Below the pieces are notes generated by a model that saw only the letters and a program-made list of their open reading frames with translations, was not told where the DNA came from and did no database searches. DNA of 53,602 bases, counting the filler, from Sphacelaria rigidula (lineage: Eukaryota), in the NCBI GenBank assembly GCA_964200075.2. It is 4 parts of 4 records of this genome, joined end to end, with 100 filler letters (N's around TTAATTAATTAA, not from the genome) between each part and the next. Parts side by side here need not be neighbours in the genome. Positions count along the whole stretch, not along the records: positions 40,279 to 53,602 come from CAXNAA020002963.1; 3 more parts are not named here. The stretch is one strand, 5' to 3'. The position numbers were made by a program, and so were the translations under genes. Positions 48,022 through 53,602 of the stretch are shown one piece after another. The stretch's first letter is position 1; every line of letters starts with the position of its first letter.

Positions 48022-51000
48022 TGTTGTCAGAATACAGTGCCGCTTGCGGGCAAGACAGTCCAAATAACCCACCGTGCTATACGGGCAACCGAGAAGAGTA
48101 AGAAGTACACAACTACTGCTACGCTCCATATCAGACCAAACTATCGTAAGTGGTACCGGCGATCCACACAATGCCTTCATAAAAATTCAATACCTTACGA
48201 AGCGTTGACAAGAATAGGCCCCACAGCCTCATTTTCTAACACCCCCCCTCAACGTAAGTACAAGTCTCACTCCCTCAACCTCCCTCTCAATGCAAATACA
48301 TACTAGTTCCAACCACCCAGCTCAGTACAACCATCCCGGCACTCGAGGACGAAATAAGAACGAGTTCTACAGCCAGACTGAAACGGATTTTGAATGTGTT
48401 GATCAGCTTGACTAGATGGCGGCGCCTATGTTTCCTGAGGTACTTGGTCCCTACATCGGGAAGTGGGTCTTCGGTATTAACGTGACGAATGTCGATCCTT
48501 TCCTCCTTGACTAATTCCTGAATGAAGAGTCATCCTGCGATAGGGGGGGGGGGGGTATTTTGGACCACTTCTTGCGGAAATTCCAAGTCAAATCGTCCTT
48601 GAAAGGAGCAACAGTTGCTCGAACGAGCTTGTTGTAGATATATAACGCTCGTTCATACCGATTGACACCGTTTTGAACGAAATACAAGCGCACCGCGAGT
48701 GTGGCAGGTCGTCTGACATACTTCTGAGCCTCTTTTTCCGTGCAATCAAATACCCCCCCTCTATCGTAGGATATCTCTGAAGAAGTACCGCAGTGCTACG
48801 TGCTTGACCCTTGAGCTGCAGGTTCGGTTGCCGGCGACGTGGAGGGTTGAACTATTGTCAATACAGACGTGGGCGGAGTCAAGGCGTGTGCCAAATCTCA
48901 TCTCCCGCGTCATGTTCGAGAAAAATATGGCCTCCTTCACAGTGAGTGCGGCGGCCACGAGTTCTGCTTTCATGGTCATTAGCGCCGTCAATCCTTGTTG
49001 TCCTACCTTGAAACTGATGGGCCATTATAGAGAAAGAAAATATACGATAATGTTGGTTTTCTTTGTACGGGCTGTTGCCCCAGTTGGCATCTGAGAAAGC
49101 CGTCAACTGGAAACCGCCCTGGTTGTAGGTGATGCCATGGCCCGTAGTGCCGGCCAAATATCGAAGTAAGTGTCTTGCAGCTGCCATATGCGCCTTCGAC
49201 GGGTTGGACATCGCTTGCGCCACTTGTTTCACGGCGCATCCACTATCGTAGCGGATCACTTGAGCGAGATACATCACACTGCTTGTGATGGCCTGGAAGC
49301 GCTGTTTGTCCTTCTCGTTCAGTACTTTGTCCCTCGGGTGGTCCAGTGACAATTCTTGTCCCACCCCAGGAGTGCACGCTGGGTTGCAGTTCGCCATCTC
49401 ATATCGTTCCAGGAAAGACTTGTATCGTTCCAGGAGAGACTTGGTGTAGTCTTTTCTGGCTGATGTTAACTGTCTTGCTACTTCAGTCGCGAACAACCCC
49501 CATTCCCAGTACGAACGACACATCTCTCATGCCCGTCATCGAAAAACTTCCCATTAGTTTCTGCTTGATCCTTTCCAGCACCTTGGAGCCTTTCCCGAGC
49601 GACCTACAAAATCAAGATGTGGACATCGCCGCTCACCTTGTAGATGTACACACAAGGGTCCAACTTAAGGCTCTTGAACCCAATCTCCGCCAGATGTGTG
49701 TCGACCGTACCCCACCAGCAGTTTAGACTTTGACGGCACACTGTAAAGGCTTTTGTGGAGCCGCATTGCCATCGGAGTTCCGTTGTCGGTGAACTCCTCG
49801 TATTCGGGTGCCACATTGACGTATATCACTTCCTTGAGTTCGGTGTTCAGGAAGACGGTGTTATAGTCCAATTGCCAACATATCAACCCGTACTCCGCCA
49901 CTACAGCCAACATCATGCGAATGCCCTGGATCCTGCAAATCGGTGCGAAAGGGCTACCGCAGTCGACGCCGGGGACTTGTCCCAAACCCCGCACGACGAT
50001 TCGGGTCTTGTACGAGATATCCGCATTCTTCTTGTACACCCATCGAGTGCCGATCAAACTGTGTCCAGTTGGAACGGAGGTAGACGGACGAGAGTATACA
50101 CGTTCTTCTACCTTAGGCTATCCAGCTCCTTGTCTGAAGCCGCCTTTCACCGTTCCTTTCGGGGAAGCCCATGGCCTCATTGAACGTGTTTGGGATTATT
50201 TCGGTTTTCTGCCCCACCGAACAACGCGAGAGGCTGGTCATTGTGTAGGCATACCGCACGACTGATTCCGCCCCAAACGTCTGATGTCCAAAATCTAGTA
50301 AGAGCGCGTTGGTGTGTATTTGCAGTCGTCGTAGCTTGGAGAACATTTTGTCGTTCACAGTCGCTGTAAGATGCGCAGAAGCTGCGCCGTTGTTGTCGCC
50401 GTTGCGTTTCCTAACAGAGCGCGCTGCAATGCCTGCGCGTGTCACGGCAGGAGATACTTGATGGTGAGAGTGTCGAGGGCGGTTTAGCGGTGGTGACTCG
50501 ACTTCGTCCTGTGGAGGGGTTTCAGTTTGTTCCGGCGGCGCACGGCTCTCCGGTGATGTTGTTGGCGACGTCGCTTCACGAGGTGTGTCATCGTCGTGCA
50601 GCATGTCCCGCTTGGTGATAGCGCTGATTCTCTCAAGAAACTCGGCCACCTGTGGATCGTAAGAGATCCCGCTGGTAGTGATATGATCGACAGAGGCAAG
50701 AGCTGGTTGGGCTAGTACGGAGGTATGGTTGCGAAGATCACGGAAAGAGTTGTCGTCGGTGGCGTACTTGTGGCCCTTTCTGTTGCCGGACTCCTCGTCC
50801 CCAAGTGAAAATGGGCGTATCCAAAGTTGTGGCTCTCCCGTCGGGTTGAGGCGTGACGGCGTCTCGATGAAGACAACGTTCTTGCTCTCCATGATACGTC
50901 GGGTGGCCGGGTTGTAGACTCGGTAGCGCTTGCTGTCACTAGTGTACCCAACTAGTCGTCCTTCGACTGCTTTCAGAGCCAGTTCTGGAGTGTCCCGCTC

Positions 51001-52950
51001 GAAATGTACAAAACCCCTGGCTCCGACAGCTCGAAGGTGTTGGAGATCCGGTTCTGCCCCCTTCAGCATCTTATGAGGGGACTGCATGCCAGGCGTGGAA
51101 TGCGGTGATCTGTTTGCAAGGTAGGCTGCTGTGAACATCAATTCCCCCAAGAGAAAGGTCGGTCAACTGCTGTCAGCAAGCATGCACCGGACAATGGCTC
51201 CGAGCGTCCTCCCTGTGCCTTCTGACAGGTCGATTTGTTGTGGTGTATCGCTGCTCGCAAACTCTAACAATGTGCCCGTCTGCCAGCAGTACGTTCTGAA
51301 ATCGTTGCCAATAAACTCACCCCCTTTGTCTGCCCTTAGTCGTTCGACCCGAACGCTGTTAGGAATTACCATCAACTGTATACCATTGACTGTATGAAGG
51401 ATTGGATCGCGTGAAGTGCGCCGTCCTTGGTTTTCATGGGGTAAATATCCGTCCATCTGGTATACTCGTCGAAGATTTTTCAGACGTACTTGAAGCCTCC
51501 GAGTGCCTCCGGCATACTCAGTCCCATGAAATCTGTCATGACCAGTTGGAAGGTGCGTTGCACTTTGTTGTTGGCTGTCTTGGGGTGAGCTAGTCGATGA
51601 CTTTTCCCAGTAGCACAACCATCACAGTCCGGTACGGCTCCACCGGAGTCCACCCCGTTGCTTTCGACGGTTTAAAAAGGTTCACACTATTGCCGTTCAA
51701 GTGTCCCATCCGCCGATGCCACAGCGTGGCGGGATCTGCGGCTTGCATAGTCAGTCCGGGCGCGTCGTTGCTGCTGATTAGTTCCAGAGAAAAGGAGTAC
51801 AGGTTACTCTCCAGCTCCTGGAGCGGGACGGTGAAGTTGCTTGTTTCTAGCCTTGGGTTGTTCATTTCGAAAATAGATACCACTGCATCTCGTGTCGCTT
51901 GTTTGACGGAGAACAGGTTCCGTCCCAAGCCAGGCACGACCAAACACAAAATCTGAATCAGGCGTTCGACGCCTTCGTCGTCTTTCATGTGTCCGCGGAG
52001 CAGTCCCTTCCTAACCCCTGTCAGTTGGTGCCCCCCTGCGGTGGTGATCTTACGCGGGATGGCCAGTTCCTGGTAGTTGTAGAATTTATAACGCGGCCGC
52101 GGGATGAGGGTATCGTCAAAGTAATGTTCCAACGCGCCACTGTCTACCATGACACTGACAAAGCTGACGGAGCTTATGCTGCCCTCCTTCCACTTGTCGA
52201 GAGCGGGTCTCACCGCGAGAGCCAACCCATCATCAGCGCCGGTAATACCGCCAAATGTTCCAGCGTTGTCGTCGAGGTTCGACGTGGCTCGATGGTGTAA
52301 TGAGTTCGCAAACAGCAACCAGACGAAGTGAACCACGGCTATTATGACCAACGCGCGGGCTGGTGGGGAAAGTGCCTCCCTGATTCCCCGTAATATGTTG
52401 TGAGCTCTGCGCCGAAACTCCAGACCCTCGGCCTCCTCGGCCCTTCAGCCCCTTCAAGGGCACCGAAGAGTCCGCTGCTGTCAAATGAAGCAACGGGTTT
52501 GTTCGTTGGAGCGAATGGCCAAAGGTTGTCCTCTTCCGGGGAATTTTGTGTTCTGGGCGCTTCAAAAGCATTGAAGGAGACAGCCGGAGGCTGCTCCCTT
52601 GTACCGGTGACTGGTGGGTAATCCGATCACTGCGCGAAATTTGCTGCCTGCTCGTTGCGCCGTTGCAAGAAACGGCACTCTCCGTCGCTGTGAGTCGATT
52701 TCATCATGTGGAAGGAGTACCACTGGCCTTCTGCCCCGTTTTTCTTGTTTTCCCCCGTCAGTGCTTGGGGCGCATTTCGAGCGGGGCAATTTCTTCTCAC
52801 GTAGCCTCGCTTCCCGCAGCGGATGCATGTTGTGTGGTTCATTTTGCTATCGCCACTTCCACTGGCCTGCATGGCGACCCCGCGGCCTGCGATCAAGTTG
52901 ATGGCGTCTGGACGTGAGAAATATTCGGTATACATGGTGCTGACCATGTA
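48022..52950 (-). mobile_element. Degenerate Ty1/copia LTR retrotransposon (gag-PR-INT-RT-RNaseH plus probable 3' LTR)
   Basis: Domains appear in copia order on the minus strand: zinc knuckle CIRCGKRGYVRRNC (~52786-52827), protease MVDSGA (~52140), GAG-pre-integrase LWHRRMGHLN (~51700), integrase ERLRADKGGEF, RT IGTRWVYKK/WQLDYNTVFLN/LHKSLY, and RNase H FSDANWG...KHVALRYFF. Many stops and frameshifts. A polypurine tract GAGGGGGGG is followed by TG at 48241. The LTR may end in AACA at 48022. Confidence 0.92.
48527..48777. mobile_element. MITE family D copy inserted in the copia RNase H region
   Basis: Reverse-oriented homolog of 44473-44722 with a TGAA TSD. Removing it restores KHVALRYFFIQELVKEERIDIRHVNTEDPLPDVGTK. 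Confidence 0.85.
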
Positions 52951-53602
52951 TCGGAGATCTGACTGATGCCGAGATAGCCCCCCCACAAAAAGTGCAACGC
53001 AGACCGTCCGACAAACCAGCTGCGATCCCACTATTTGGCTCGTTTTCAGCAATTTCGCCCACATGAGGGTGTGTAGCAGTCCGAAATCAGCTCTAACGCC
53101 TGACTGAGTCGCGTCGTGCAACACAAAACCAGCTATAACGGCCTTTATGATCATCGCCTCCGTGCACGTTTTTGGCCGGTTCGGGGGGGGGCTATCTCGG
53201 CAGCAGTCATCTGCCAAATCAAAATCGCGCCTCTCGCAGCTAGCAATACGAAGCCTTTGTTGGAAATCTATACAGCCAAACAATCTAGCTGTATATCTTC
53301 TGTGTGTGAGGTTTTTACTCTGTAGCAGATTAGCGGGTCAATACGTCTCGGTTCAACCAGGAACCACCCGATATTGACCAAAGGTTCAAGTACTGGTTTT
53401 TCTGTAGATACTTGAGCCCAATGTCCCGTCAGATTTGCCACGTAAGCTTGTAGAACAAGGCAGTGTGCTGCCATTGTTTGAGAGTGCTGTAGCTTGAGTA
53501 AGAATCCAGTCTGTGAGCTGGTAAACCAACACGTCAGAGTCAAGGACGCGTTTTAGTCTACGTACGTGTAGAGCTTTGTTTTTTTGTTCCAAGGATTGAG
53601 CA

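Overview
Eukaryotic, intron-rich and repeat-rich DNA, most consistent with a brown alga or other stramenopile (inference from gene structure and repeat style). The window is not one locus. It is four contigs of 13,327, 13,326, 13,325 and 13,324 bp joined by artificial N44-TTAATTAATTAA-N44 linkers, so adjacency across gaps is meaningless. Contig 1 holds a multi-exon RUS1/DUF647 (root UV-B sensitive) family gene on the minus strand. Contig 3 holds the 3' five exons of a carotenoid cleavage oxygenase (RPE65/CCD family) gene on the minus strand and a truncated RTE-type LINE. Contig 4 holds a decayed Ty1/copia retrotransposon and a possible relic of a D5-like (SF3) primase-helicase. The rest is a dense, often nested set of non-autonomous elements: two MITE families with GRG...CTC termini and 4-bp TSDs (Sola-like), hAT MITEs with 8-bp TSDs, a 99-bp piggyBac MITE, a Tc1/pogo-like MITE, two tRNA-derived SINE families and several long foldback palindromes. 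I found no clear novel multi-gene system. The best leads are the Sola-like MITEs, the viral-helicase-like relic, the long palindromes and a possible second RUS1 copy.
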